A DNA stretch of 64,000 bases from Raillietiella orientalis (GCA_036172245.1 JAYWIR010000013.1:1488001-1552000), one strand, 5' to 3'; shown: positions 23,501-38,300, counted from the stretch's first letter. Notes: generated by a model from the sequence alone, not told the origin. Numbers and translations: made by a program.

Positions 23501-23512
23501 TTTATTATTAAA
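23501..23512. terminator. Back-to-back polyadenylation signals between convergent VPS72 and PIP5K1
   Basis: TTTATTATTAAA gives AATAAA on the minus strand (23506-23501) abutting ATTAAA on the plus strand (23507-23512). Confidence 0.45.
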
Positions 23513-23560
23513 TTTGTAAAGATGCTATGCTTATATATTAAAAACAGCTGCTTCAGGACC

Positions 23561-26500
23561 TTAAGAATGTATTAAGATGTGAAGAAACTTGGAAACAGTT
23601 AATAAGAGCAAATTACTGAAATGAAAATATATTCTCACAATTCCATTCATACATTTCAGTCCTTCAGTTGCCACACTTACCACTTCAGTTTCTTGCAGTC
23701 CTCGTACATTACTGAATGCTGAAGCACCATTAGCATTGGCATCTGTGTTATGAGAAGGAGTGTTGGGATACACTAAGAAAGTTTTCCGATTATTTGATGA
23801 CAAACATCTATGCAACTGTTACTATTGAGAAAAAAACAAATGAACAAAAAGTAACATGCAAACTGGCTTGATTTAACAGTGTGTTTTACTTTAATGTGAA
23901 ACTGCGTCTAATTTATGTGTGTAAAATACAGAAAAACTTACGCACGATGTCATCTAGCTGTCACTTTCAAAAATGCACATAGGCGCACATGCAATTTGGA
24001 AAATTTTTGTAAGTCATTTGCATGAATAAAAGGTATAACAGCTCAAGCTTTGATATGCACAAATCGTGTTTGCGAGTTTGATAGAGCTACGCTGAGAAAA
24101 TCCATTAAAATGAAAGTTTGGGTTCAATATAGGTTCAAGTGGTATATTATGCAGCATATGACATGATATATGAACTTTAGAATCAGCTGTTAATCTAAAC
24201 TTGAAAAATAAATCTGGATTTTCTTTGATCCATTCCACATGTAAATACTCAATAGATAATTTATTTCATTAAATGATCATTATGAATGATACCATAATTT
24301 TTTGTCAGTTGATAAAAAAAACTTAAGCTTTTGGAAAAAAAAATCTATATAGATTCACAGATGACTTGTAAAGAAAATAAAAAAAAAAGGAGGAAGGGGA
24401 GACAAACAAAGGTAACCCTACAATAGTAGCAGGATTAAAGTCCAGGAATAACATACTGCACACCAATTGTTAATTGAAAGGCACCAACATAATTGCATCT
24501 ATGTTAGCTTATGAAGACCAAAACAGAAGAGTTTCATGAACAAAAATATTAAACTTCAGATGAGTTTTAAATGTCTAAATTCAAGGAATCTCATATCCCT
24601 GCATGGGACTGAGATTAGATCATGAAATGCATTTATTCTTTCAGTTCTGATGAAATGCATCATGTTGACCAGGTTCAGAAAACTCAGTCAAAATGGGTTA
24701 CAAAATAAAACTAAAAAAAAAAAGTCTGTAAATATATAAATGTGTGTGTACATGCGTGTTTTTTTTATTACGGATTTTAGAATGTGCAAGGATGGGCAAC
24801 AGATATGTAACTGCTTCCAATGAGGAGACTTGTACCAAAAAAATCTATCTATGATGCAGAAGGACAAACACTGATACAGCACATGCTGAAGTTGAATGCG
24901 TAACTCTCACACACCTAGATCACCACTACTAGAAGATTCAGTATAACTTGGAGTGCCCTCAGTCCAGGTAGGTGTATTTCCTTCATTAGATAAGGGAGGA
25001 GTCCAAGTTGCACGTTGCAATGATCCTAATCCTGAAGTGCTACTGCTGCTCTCGGAATGTATAGAATGACTACTTCGCCCATTATGATTGGCACCAAAAC
25101 TACTATGGCAATATAAAAGTGATAGCACACAAGACTTACTTGAGATCACCGGCATCCTCAAGTCGACCAATTGAAGATCCCAATGCTCTCCTTACCATGA
25201 TTCCTTTAGAGTTCGCGATGCCTTTGCCCACCACTTCTACAATAATATTGCACACAAAGCAATCAGCCTGAAGGACCAACCTTTATATACACCAGATTTA
25301 GGGACTTGCATACTGTGTTGTTTCATTGTAGATGTACCCATTTGCTGAGGTGTATAGCCTTCTTCCAGCCATTTCACTTTGACAACGTTTCTCATTTGAT
25401 CTGGAAATTGTACAACAGGATGTGGACCTAATTTCTCACTTTTCCAAGGCTTCACAGAATCTGTAGAACAGAATATACATTTGTAAACATGCACTTATCT
25501 GCTTTTGTTCTCACCTGCTGTAAACTCAGCTTTCTGAGGCTTCACTGAATCCTCTGTAGACAGTAAACGTCCTCTGTGCCATGTTTTTTTTTTGGCTGGA
25601 GAGTGTTTGATAGCTAAAATCATACATATGTTAGCATTCCTAATTAGGAAAGGGGATAATAATCCACACCAATCAACAGATGCTGTTACCCACAAGTAAG
25701 CACTCTGTCCTTTTGCAAAACATAATTTGGGATCACAAAGGATATGAGCAAAAAGCTAGCAAAGGCATGCTCACTAACCTAAGTAGCTTGAGACAACGGT
25801 ACGGAATTTTGGGTGCTTGCCAGTAATTGCAGGTAAATCCACTGAATGCAAAGAAGGCAGAAAAAAGAATCAATATAGCAGTAACAATACCCATCCATTC
25901 CTCAACCAGACAGATAACAATACACATTTAATAAAATCAGAAGCTGTTTACAATAGTAACAACAAAGACACACCATGCTATTAGTGTTAGAAAGAACCAA
26001 TTACAATCACAATAATGATAACAGTAATTGGCCCAATTATATTTATTAATGATGTGTATTTTCCACAGGTATTCAAAAAGCTTAAAGAAAGCTTTTGCTA
26101 AACAATGGACACCACAGTAAAATGCACATTTCTTTCAAACACAGGAATTCAAACTTTTTTTAGTAATAAAAAAAATAAAAAAAAAGGATAGGGGATAAAA
26201 GCACGGCAAAGATGAAAGCAAATTATGTCTCTTTGGAATTACATAAAATAAATTATGCACATGAACAATATAAGTGGAAACTTTTTAGATTTATACGGAT
26301 TAATGAGAATTTTTTTGTTTTATATCATGAGGAAATGTGCAAACAATCAAAAAATGAGCAGTACACCAATTGACACAACCAAATTGACAACACATATTTT
26401 TTAAAAAAAGGATGTGCTATTGTCATTTGCTGTTACTTTGTCATACTCCTTTGCATATGTATTCCAATGAAATGCTAAAAATTTCATAAAAACAGCATCA

Positions 26501-29500
26501 AAAAGGATACACTTCCACAATAAAAAATTCAACACAATATCTGCAATGACTGTTCTTAATGATAGCAAGGATTTAAGGCAAAATCATTTCTCTCAAAAGT
26601 ATTTCTGAAATAATAGGGGATATGATTCAAACAGGGAAAAAAAAATCCTTTGGCCATCCTTCATGAAAAACGGTTTTATAAAGTGGTTAGTAACTACTGT
26701 ATTAACTATTGTGTATTCTGATATAAAAGCTTTATAGGTCAAGAAATAAGATACCTGATCATGGTGACAATATGTGACATGGGTTAAGACCCATGTAATT
26801 GACACAATGATCATACAGTAATTTGACACTTTAATTAATTCCTTAATCATTTTTACTTGGGTAACCTTCCCTATCCCTCTAAGAAAAATTATGTATGCAA
26901 TAATAACTAAGAAAGCATTTTTCCACTTTCTACATGTAACAATACATTATTCATACTTTTGCCTTTTCTGAAGTAATTTGCAATAAATGTTGTATAAAGT
27001 GCATTTTGCTTTAAACTTGCTAAAATCCAGATATCAGACAAGAAGAGTGATAAGGTAGATAATTTCATGAAGCTAGAAAATTTGAAAGCAACATAATAAC
27101 TTTTGATGAATCTGAGATGATAGGAACAAACCAAAAATAACCACATGCAAAATCAATGAGAAATGGTAATTCCAAAAGATCAACTTCCTTCCACGATTTT
27201 ACTTTACTTTACTGCAAATCATGAAACAGAACCTAATGAACTAATCAATTTTTAAATAAATATATATTCAATGAACAACTGAAACGATAGAAAAAGGGCA
27301 ATCCAAATATCACCATATTGATTTCATATGTTCTTTCTCAAAATCTCCACTGACCTCAACCAATTCTGAACAAGTGTAAAACTTTAGATAAGGATATGAT
27401 GTTGTTTAAAAGGATAAACACAGAACTCACCTATGTTGACTGAAAAATAAATTTATTAACCAAAATAAACTAATAAATTTAAAACCCCTCATTCTGCAAA
27501 ATACATGTTATAGCAATAAATGACTGGAACCAACAGAAATAAAGACAAAAACCTCAGAAACCAAATCTTAGAAATAATTCATCATGAAGATTTAACCACA
27601 TCTTCAGCATTATAACTATGTTCATTCTCAGATACTTACAGGATGGGATTTTAGTAAACACCTTCTGGGACATGAAATCTTGGAACCTCTGGGCATAAAA
27701 ACTTGGTCGATGCACAGAAACAGTGTTCTAGCAAGTGTTAGACTGTTATGAGAATAAAAATGGTATACTTACTCCATCGTGGATCATAGATTTGAATGTA
27801 TGTTCCAGTTTTTTAATGAAGCGGTAACTTTGAAGGATATCAATGATTCCTAAAAACAAAAGCAATCTTTCTCCCTGTCTACTTCTGGCAGGAATACCTC
27901 CTCCTCTGCAATTGAAACAAAAATTTTCAACTTCTAGGCAGAAAAACGCATCAGGAGAATACATACGGCACATTATTATCTTCATCAATAGGCTCTGATG
28001 CAGCTTGAATTGATTCCATGGCAGTAGAATGAGCCACTAACCGTTGTCTGTTAATGGATTTTGAACGAATCAACTGTGTCCGCTGGTCAGGCTCAGCTAT
28101 ATTTAGCTCATTAGTTGCTTCCTTCTGTACAGTTCGGATGTAATCATGATAAGATAATAACATACCTTCCTCTCTCTACTAGCTTGATCCAAATTGTGTA
28201 TGCCAACTAATAAACTGAAATCCATAATTTTGAAGCTTTCTAAAACCTTATGGGAGAGTGTAGTTATATTTGAATCCCTGCTTACACGGCAATCCCGATG
28301 AATTGTTTTAATCAAAGCTTGATATGTTTCAGCCTCTAAAAAAATGCCTTGAGGATGGTGATCAAGGAAATCCAAATCCTTGTATGTTGGAGATTTTTTT
28401 GATTCTTCATGCTTGCTTGCTTTCCTTTTATGTGTAGATCCCTTTAAATCATATTTGTAATGCATTCTAATCACGGATGGGAGTAAATTGTTCATCACAG
28501 CCAACCGGATATTTTTGGAATTGCACTATGCACCATAAATTCAATATATCGTTTTATATACAAATCTTTACCTGATAGCAATATAATCCAAAAAACTTTG
28601 GTAAAAGAGTTCTAGGATTCTGATTCAAATTCTAATGAAAAATGAAAAGTCTACTGAATCTGCATTGTACATTGCATTGCCTTACCAGGTAGTATCCAGG
28701 TAAAAGCTTCTGCAAGAATTCGCCTTCCTTGTGCTGCACTGTTTTAATAATGAATTCATCATCATGAGACACATAAAAAATGCTTCCACTAGCTCCTGGA
28801 TTCTCCAATTCTTGTAATGGTTCATTGCAAAGAGAGATCTAAAGAGAGCAATATTACCAACCATATGCCACACAATTTGATGCACTACTTACTAGAAAGT
28901 CATCAGGATGAATTCCAAACAAATCACGGAAATATCGGAAAGCAATAGGTGCATAAGATTTGAATACAAAATCTGAATAATGATGAGCAGGTGTATGGTT
29001 AGTGCCTTCCCTTGGGAAAACAGTTGTTTCTACTACACAAAAATCTTGCATTAAAAGATCTCTCTCTGGTTTTGATGCAAGACTCCCAATGGCATTTTGA
29101 ATGCCCAACTGTATGGAAGCCATAATTTGTGAACTTTGGATCTGAAGAAAAGGGCATACAATTTAGACCTAATTTGGCATAATCATATTTATCAAAGGAC
29201 TTCAAATGCAGAAAGTCCTGGAATAAATTTCCTGATGTAGATGAATGCAAATTTGATAAAATTTCTATGCAGCTGCTTGCTTCTTAAAGCTAACCAAAGT
29301 TCATATCACATTTCTAAATGCCCTAATGCCATCAAACAAGACAAAATAAAAGAACCAAAAGACTTATAATATTACAATTAAAGGCAATTTATTGCATTCA
29401 CCAGTTCTCTGCATTAATGGTCTTAACTAGGGAGAAGCTGCCATCATCATTATTAGTAATGATGACAAAAACAAATATCCAGCAAGACAAAATCTTAAAA

Positions 29501-31954
29501 AATAAAAAAATATGACATAAGTATCATCATCATACTCTGGATAAGAAAACCCTCATTCAAAGGGAATAGCACTGCTGAACTGCTGAACTATGAAGACAAT
29601 GGATACATCAATAACAATAATGCATTTGCAATATGATTGATATAGGAAAAAAATACGTTATGAAAAGAACTCAAAAGCAAACATTCAAAAACATATAATT
29701 GGGAATAACCGAGATAACTGAAAGCTATTGTAAAAGAAAGCAAGTATGAAAGAAAAACCCGTATTAGAGTCTAAAATTTGCCTACAATATGCAAACAAAA
29801 GAAAATGATACAATTCAATTTTCAATTTCTGCATGATCACACATGAGGATGGTGAAAATCTAATTCATGGAACACACAACAACAGATGAAAGCATAAACA
29901 ATGTGTCAAAAAATAACAATGCATGAAGCAGCAAAATGATCCATACACTAGAATATGCAATCCAATATCTAAAAGGGCAATCAACCATTTACATGTAAGC
30001 ATTTTTAAAACTTCTAATTAAGGAGTGCATGACTAAGTTTCAGCCACAAATCAATACAGAATTGTGAAACTTTTAAGCCTTAATTGTAATGAGTCACAAA
30101 CAAAAGAAGACCTTTACTGGTTGCTGTTTTTTATTGAGCAATAAAACATCTGGTATTCCACATTCTTACACAAACATTAAGTAAGAAAACGCCAATCTGA
30201 ATAATTATAAATGTCCCCAATTGAAAACTTGGAAAATAGATGATCTCAATAACAGAATTTGAATTTAAAAAAGAAATGTTTATGAAAAAAGACAGTGGAT
30301 GTTGCAAAAAGTGTATCTTCTGAATTTATTTAATGATCAAAATAAGAATTCCGTAATAGCAGACTGATTATTAATATTATTAGGCCTTATCAAAGGATTA
30401 CATGTGAAGTTGGATGACAATCTTTGAGATGACAAGCACACTACATACAAAACATTTCTGAACTTATCTGAACATTTTTGGATTGTTTATCTTTGCTGGT
30501 TCCATGAAAACAAACACACTTACTTTTTTGTATGTAATCTGACCCTCTTCATCTACTCTTCTATGACCCAGCTTTTTTTCTTTAAACTCTTTGTACTTTG
30601 TATGAGCAAATGACTGAGAATCTTTCTCAAAGGATGGCCTCTAATAAAAACAAAAATTAAATGAACAAACAGATTTATCCTCATAAAATAGAGATATGAA
30701 AACATTGGAAATGACTAATACAAGTTGGGCTATTCAACTAATGGAATTCTTATATTTTTGTTATGAATCTAACACAAAAATGGCTAAGCAACTTGATAAT
30801 TACAACATAATGGAAAAGTAAAAATTAAGGCACAATCAATGATTCTGTTTTATCATGCATGAAACTGTGTGAATACATGTGTGATCTTATCTCATGATTT
30901 AGCTTACTTCAAGGTTATTTAAAGATACTAGTTTTTCCCACTTTTGGAATTCAAAATAGAAAGATTTTCACTGACAAGAATTCATTTATCAAAATTTAAT
31001 TTGAAAAACAAAATTCTGCAAAAACAGTAATTGACACCTAAATGAAATTGATTTTCTCTAGAATTGCTTGATACTTATGCTATAGCAAGTGGATGAAATA
31101 CTTGCATAATTTAACACTACAAAGTACTTCTCATACTGTACTCTGCAAAATCCAATTTCTATGGATGCAAATAAAACTTGTTATGCTAAGATATGACTAA
31201 ATAGTTTTTTTTATTGCATTATACTTTCCATGATTACTTTATTGCATGATAAATTATTCCTAGTGACAAAATCTTTCCATTATGATTAATTAGAAAGCAC
31301 CCAATGTAGAATCAAAATAAAGTAGAAGCCAAAATCAGATCATAAACATATATTTCAGTAATAGAATAATATACAATGAAAGAAAAAACTTTAACAACAA
31401 ATAATAGACAGTGATATTATAAGAACTAAGCAAAATGCGGAAAAATGACTTCCATTAGAATTTAGTTGTATAATTTGAATTACCTTTTCATGGCTATGGA
31501 TATCAGTTAAATCTGAAATATCAGTTAAATCTGAAAATCAGAACAGAAACTTTATATAGAAAAAAACTACTGAAATATTTCAAAACATATTTAAATTTCC
31601 ATATTAAAACTTCATGTGAATTTCAGTTACACTTGATGGAAAAGGCACATCACAACAATAATGATGGTCTCTTATTGCAATCGACAAATGATCTAGGCAA
31701 ACTTTCTCTATTTAAAATGACGCAAATGACGGGGCAGTCAAATTTCAACCTCACCTGGGCTTCTCTTCTTTTAACGGACAGAACTAAAACTCATGTTTAC
31801 AATACATACCTAGTGAAACAACCATGATAACAAAACTTCCTATTCTTTAAAATGTGCAAATCAAAGTGAAAGCTTAAACCTAAGAGGCAAACAAAATACC
31901 ACCTTTGAAGTTAATACCTTCCTTTTGTTTTTTGCCTTCGTCTCCAGATTCCAT
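23561..31954 (-). CDS. PIP5K1: Type I phosphatidylinositol 4-phosphate 5-kinase (PIP5K1 / PIP5K59B-like)
   Basis: Motifs [18 protein letters not shown] (30640-30524), [26 protein letters not shown] (29141-28893), [55 protein letters not shown] and [21 protein letters not shown]. First exon 31954-31918 reads [12 protein letters not shown]. The last exon (about 23773-23561) is less certain. Confidence 0.95.
31500..31537. repeat. 18-bp tandem duplication (atatcagttaaatctgaa x2) that duplicates a minus-strand splice acceptor
   Basis: Directly visible. On the minus strand it reads tttcag atttaactgatatttcag atttaactgat. Confidence 0.85.
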
Positions 31955-34900
31955 GATTTCAATTCCAACAATACGGAAGCAGCAACATTTTTACAGACCC
32001 ATATAGGTCCATATTTATTAAATGAAACCACGAGTACTACATTTTAACTCATCAGTTTTATTCTACAAAAAGTCAAAATTCGTGTTCCAAGTTTAAGTGG
32101 TAAGAATTAAAAGTTGTTACTTTGGTCACGGTAAATCAAGGACTGTTTTTTGCCGAAGCATAATTTACTGCTACTGCTAATTCATGAAACATCGGTGTAC
32201 ACGAGAATATAAGCAGTATTCGGTACTTTCTTGCTGCTGTCATCAAAGCTTGCCATTATTAAAAAGAGTTACCATTCGAGAAAAAAATAATTCTGTAAAT
32301 CCACAAATATTATGAGTTACTTCAATTAGTCTTCATGATTAAAGGCTCATGTTCTTATTAAAATTCTTTTTTTTGAAATTTTTTTGATGCCTGTTACATA
32401 ATCAACGAAGTATAAATGAAAAGTGAAACACGGAAAAGCGAACTGAGCGATTTCAGAAGAGATGTATTGAAAAGGAGGAGGTATATGCATGAAATCAGTG
32501 AACGAAGAATGAATCTTTCTTGTTTCTGTAAAGTCGGCTATTTCGTAAGTAATTTTAACAAAAGAAATAAAGAAACTATTGCATTATAATTCTATTAAAC
32601 CATGAATACCACATTACTGTTTGCTTTCTTTGGAAGGCAAACTCAACGTTTTCTGTGAATTCCAATCAACTTCAAATCATTGTTGAAATATTTTACACTT
32701 TCTGGAATTCTCATTATTCGGGTTTCCAGTAATTTGCTTTAGGAGAGCATTTCCTTGCATGACTGACAGCTGAAGCAAAAAACGCTGACGCCTGTCGAAG
32801 ATGACCTTACCAATCATGAAGACGCTTTAAAAAGCATTTCAATAAAAGATAGACTGAAAATCTTCTACCCTATAAATTTCCTGAAATACGCCTACAGTTA
32901 TCATGATCAAACCATCTCAGTCGAAAATCTTCGTATAAAGAGCTTCATTACAATATGCCCTTTTGGGGAATATTACTATACAAATGATAATTTTACTCAT
33001 ATACGTACACTACTCATACACTTCTTGTCAGCCTTCTATTCATAAATTTTTTGGATCAGAAACAAAGATGCTGTTTTTCAAAACTGCCAACACAACTGTG
33101 AAACTGGAATTTATCTGGGCTAATGGTAAAACAATTCAAATCTCAATCAAAGCTTGTATCTTCATCATTCATCACAATAGTACTAAAAATATCTAGCAGT
33201 ACCAAAGAAAAGGTAATGTTCCGACATTGAGTCAAATAAGATCCAATACCCTTTTTTACAAGTTCTCTTTTTCCGGATTTCAAGTTTACCCTGGAGTAAA
33301 ATCGGCTATACTGTCTTCCTACAATATCATTAACTTACAGCAAGAGTTCTTAATTCTGTAGAATTATTAGTGGAACGCAATTTCTTATGCTAATATTGTT
33401 TTCGTATCGGAAGTTTGTCATTCCACTAGAGTACGCATAAACAACGTTCTCAGTTCGATTGTTTTCGTGACAGCAATTTCATATAAAAGAATCTGATTCA
33501 AAATACTTTCGAAAAGAATGCAGTTCCTATCGTTTGACATATAATAAGACGTCTTATATAGAAGTCTCAAATTTTTTTCAGTTCAACTCCATCAACTTTG
33601 CTTTCTCCTCAAAGATGGCATCCTGATGAAGTATTCATTGGAAATCAACTTGTAGTAGCACATATGGTATTGAGTACACACCTGTCTTCGAATTTTTCAT
33701 TGGACGAAATCAAATCATGAATCATGAAATGATTCCTAGACAGCTTGAATATACTTCTTGAAGACCATCTCAATAAATTGAATTTTTGAATGCTATGTGA
33801 ATCAGAAAGAATTACCTACAGAAGGGAAACTAAGCTATGAATCAACGTTTTGAGAACTAGAAATCAGAATAGTAAGTTCTGTATTTTTGTACTTTTCCAA
33901 AAAAAGAATACAATTCATAGTCATGCGTATTGGTGTATGGGGGTTGTCTTTATGGCAATGTGCCACGAAATTCAGTATATGCATGCATGTATGTGTATTT
34001 ACAAATATGTATGTGTGTATATCGTCTCCCACGGACAGTCGTAAGCTTATATCTATTTAAACGTTGTATCTAATAGTTGCAAAGAATAAATTTTCTTAAT
34101 CTGCTTCAGTTCTCAATACCCATTGGTAGGTTAATTTCTTTAAAGAATTTTTCAAGAAAAATTCAAAAACTTTAGCTGATAAATTGAACAGGGTAATCAG
34201 AATCATTAGAGTTTCCGTGAAACATGTAGGAAATGTTAAAAGGAAACATTTCTTCCCTTTGAACATCTTTTTCAATGTAGGAGATATGTAAGAATTCTAT
34301 CATACTTTTCAAATTGTCAAATGGAGCTTTCTACGTTTTCCGGGCAGCATTATCAAGTGGTGAAACGAAACAGATCGTTTATAAGTATGGCTTTATTATC
34401 AGAGCAACAATTCTTTTTCTCTTATTTCCAATTCCTTCAACGCATTTTTTTTTTTTTTCTATTCTGAAGATGCATACAGATTCATTTCTTTCCGAACAAT
34501 CCTAGTAATGACTGGTAGTTTTCATATCTAAGGTTTTCTTTCGGTTGTAATTTTCAAATTGGTTCCAAATTTGCTTCTGAGGAATTATCGGGCTTCAGCA
34601 AAGAATACATAATTTCGATGAGCTAAATGATCATCTTGGGTGTGAATTCGTAAAGCTTATCTACAGAGAATTATACCTTAGCTGTATTACCTCATCAGCA
34701 TTTTAACAGCTGTTAGCTGCCTAACACGGCAGTAGGTTACGGGAACGTCGTTTTCATTTGAAGGTGCTATATGTAGACCAATTCAGAATACAAAAAAATA
34801 CACATATTCAGTTTTCGTTAGCATTACATCTCTGCGTAGGAAACTATTCGGAATGCCTCAATGCTTATGTATTTGGGGAAACTTCATCTCTGCTTTTTTT

Positions 34901-35280
34901 TTTTTTTTTCCTCTGTTAACCATCGGTTTAGATGTCATTCTTTCACATATCGGCTTGATATACTCGAAGGCTTTTTTTGGGCATAATGATCAAATCTAAG
35001 GACATACTGGATGCTCCCATTTCGGCCCATATCCTAAACCACCGGATACGAATGCGAGCGCATAAGCGTATTTAGTATTAGACGCACATTCCTTTTAGTT
35101 TCTCACCTCATAAATGTGGATTTTGCAACTTTATGGCATTTTCGGACAAACAATCCACATTAAAAAAGAAAATCTCTGCGTTCATGATGCAGTGCTGACT
35201 CTGAAGTTCAGCTTTTAAGCATTTATAATGACTTAATAAGAAATTCAAAGCACATGATGACTGACATCTTTGATGCTTCA

Positions 35281-35317
35281 TTTCATTCCCAGCTTTCATT
35301 CCCAGCTTTCATTCCCA
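35281..35317. repeat. 13-bp tandem repeat (tttcattcccagc, about 2.8 copies)
   Basis: Directly visible in the sequence. Confidence 0.85.
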
Positions 35318-38300
35318 ATTTGCAAACATCAGTTGATTCAAAAAGCAGACAACCCATTTCCTCTGGTGCATACCTCCTCCCCGTAGGATTCCGTATTCCG
35401 TTCTCAGATGATGCATGGACTGCAAATTTCCTTAGCAGACAGACTCTTTGCATCTGTTCCTTGTTGGACCTTTTTCATATGCGGGCGACTTCTATTAAGT
35501 CTTCTGGACAGGAGTCAGAAAATTGAGTGCGTTTCCAGCATGTTTTTCAGCTTCATTGAGGAAGCATCCTTATAATCTCATGAAGAAGTATTCGAGTTTT
35601 GGTTGTGCCCCAGGATGAACCGAGATATCAGCGTCCAGTGAGAATTCTCTCTCTCAATAGTCAGCTGTGAGCTCCTGCTTTCCCTGAGTGTGAATTTTGT
35701 TCTTTTACGACAGACTGGGCCTAAACTTTGGTCGGTTCTCTTGTTTGGAACTCGCGGTATCACTAGGGTTCCTCATCCATAGCAGAGTAGCAGTAGCCAT
35801 GATTCAGCTAAAAAATTATGCATTGAAATTTATGTCCATTGTCATGTCAAGTGCCATCTGATTTTGGATAGTCGGATTTCTTGTTACTGCTTGGGTCTCC
35901 ACATCAAACAGAATCCGGTATCCTGTAGCAAAATTCCTTCTTCGCGATTCTGTGACGCTCCGCAACATGGCCTCCAATTATCACCCTCGAAAGATTAAAT
36001 TTTCGAAATTCCTATCTTTTTCAAGTGTAGCTCAACGAGAATTTGCAGTTATGATTGTACTAAATTTCATCCTGAGTTCATCCTAACATCAGTGATGACT
36101 TGAAAATGATTGTGGGCATTTAGGTAGAGGCATCATCTAAATACTTTGTCATACGAGGAAACCTTGGCTTGTTACTGACATGGGGCAACTTGAATCCGTA
36201 CAAAAATTCGATACAGGTCTCAGCATGCTCTTGTGCTCGTAGAGGGAGTCCCAAAGAATCAGGTTCTCTTTTCGAAAACTATATTGACTTGATGCAATGG
36301 TGATGAAAATAGAACGAATTTTTTTCCGATTGCTCAGAGAATGAGAAGAGTCATCAAGGGCATCCTCATCACCCACTGTGGCTTGTTAACTTGAGGCGGA
36401 ACGCAGGGCATGGTCCCATCGAGAGCCTCATTAGAATGATGCCTGGAAGCTGAATCGATACATGCCTATCCTTTGCATTCTGCGAGTTTGTGCATCTGCG
36501 CACAGTTGCTGAGGAACCAAGAAAATGGGAATCAGTGCACGGAGTTACCAGCAGAATACCATGAAGGCTAGCTGAGTTTGCGTTGAGAGAGTACAGGAAC
36601 TCTGGTTTAAGAGTACTCAGCAATAGTGGTTTCACAAATTGGATGGATTGCTCTTGATGGGCGAAATATACACGAATGAGAAGCTGATGTTATACACATA
36701 TCACGAGAGACGAGTGTGACGTTAGCATGAACTTCTACATCTGGATCGTCTTGCATATGAATGTATACCGGACTCGAACTTTGTAATTGAGGAGCTACAG
36801 CCCGTTTCTTGAAATCAGGAAAGAGTTGTTTCTGATGCAAAGGATGTGCTGTCATACGAAAGAGTTTCAAAAATTGACAAAATTGGATTCGTTGCCATTT
36901 CCAAGAAAGGAAGAGAAACATTCCAAAAAATCAGTTAGTGTCTCGGACAAGTAGACAAGCAGAACAAGTGGAAATTCTCTTGCAGACAAATAGACAAAAG
37001 CTCAACTTCCTATTTGGGAATGTATCAGAGGGATCAGGACGAATGAATAAGCAACTGAAAAAATCATATGGAACACATCCGGAGCATGAAAGTAATCTTA
37101 TACGTTTTACAGGAATCACGCTTGCAAAGTGGGCAAGATTCCTTGGCATTTAAAAATGAACCGAAAGCTCTGAATGTCACCGATGACAGTAAATGGTTTC
37201 ATCGCATCTGTATTATTGTGTGAACTTGCTTATTTGGAATTTGCCAGTTTTCAAATAGAATTTGAAGATTCAAGCCTCAGGCTAATTCAAGTTCTACGCC
37301 TGCTATGCCAGGTTGATACATCGTCTGTCCCTTGTGATCTTTCGAGATCACCTGGGTCATCTTGGACGAGTAGAGCACGCATGAAATGCTCACACCCTGC
37401 AACGACCAAGTGGGAATCTTCAAACAAAAGAATCATTGCTAATATTCACATTACTATGCCTCATGAAGGGATGACTGCTTACTTGTTTGCGCTAGTTAAT
37501 TGCACTTACATAGGATCTCAGAAAAGCCGAATTGCGATCCCTAAGAATCCGGAGAGGCTCCCATCTCAAGTGGCCTTTCCAGCATGGATATCAAATGTTT
37601 GCTTGTTTACTATTCCACGTTTCATAAAGTGTACGTGAAATCATAAATCTGCGCAGCTTTGCCGAGGTGCTATGGTCCCGAACAAGTGTTTTGTTAAAGT
37701 TGTTGCTGTGTGAGAGTCTGTCGACGCCACTTCCGACAGTTCGTTTGTGGCTGTGCGCTTTCGGCAGACTCTTTGATGACTACTTCCGCTGGACATTTTC
37801 ACCTGCACCACGACACGTGAAACGTATTCCGGCGGTTCACGCTGAGGGCGGCAGGCATTTGAAAGAGGCTTGGAGCGCAAGAGACCAAGTGCACAAGAAC
37901 ACAAGTGTTGCTGCGGAGAATCGAGGAGCACACTTGTCCGTGAATTCCGATACTTCGGAGCCGAGAAAATACCTGCTATAAGCACGGGAAGGAGACTCGG
38001 CAGCTGCCCCGAAATTAATTCAGTTATTCAGTTGAACGCTCCATCTGACTGGTGTCTTGTGGATGAAGGAGGAAGGGCAGCAAGGAAAAGAATCGATGAA
38101 CGAACTCCAACCTCGGGCAATACCTCAAAACGCTTTCTCCAGAGTTTTTTGATGCACGTTTCTAAGTTCTTTTGGTTTTCTGTACAGATGCACTTTTATA
38201 AATCAAGAGGTTAGTTGTTAAACTGCAATTCGCGTGCTACCAGTCACTGTGCTACAAAAAGAAGAAAAAAAAAAAGTCAGAATGCAGTTGTGCTGCCTGT

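Noticed and set aside
32416..32480. MKSETRKSELSDFRRDVLK, faintly like a Tc1 transposase N-terminus
   Set aside because: Too short, with no downstream DDE domain or terminal inverted repeats found.
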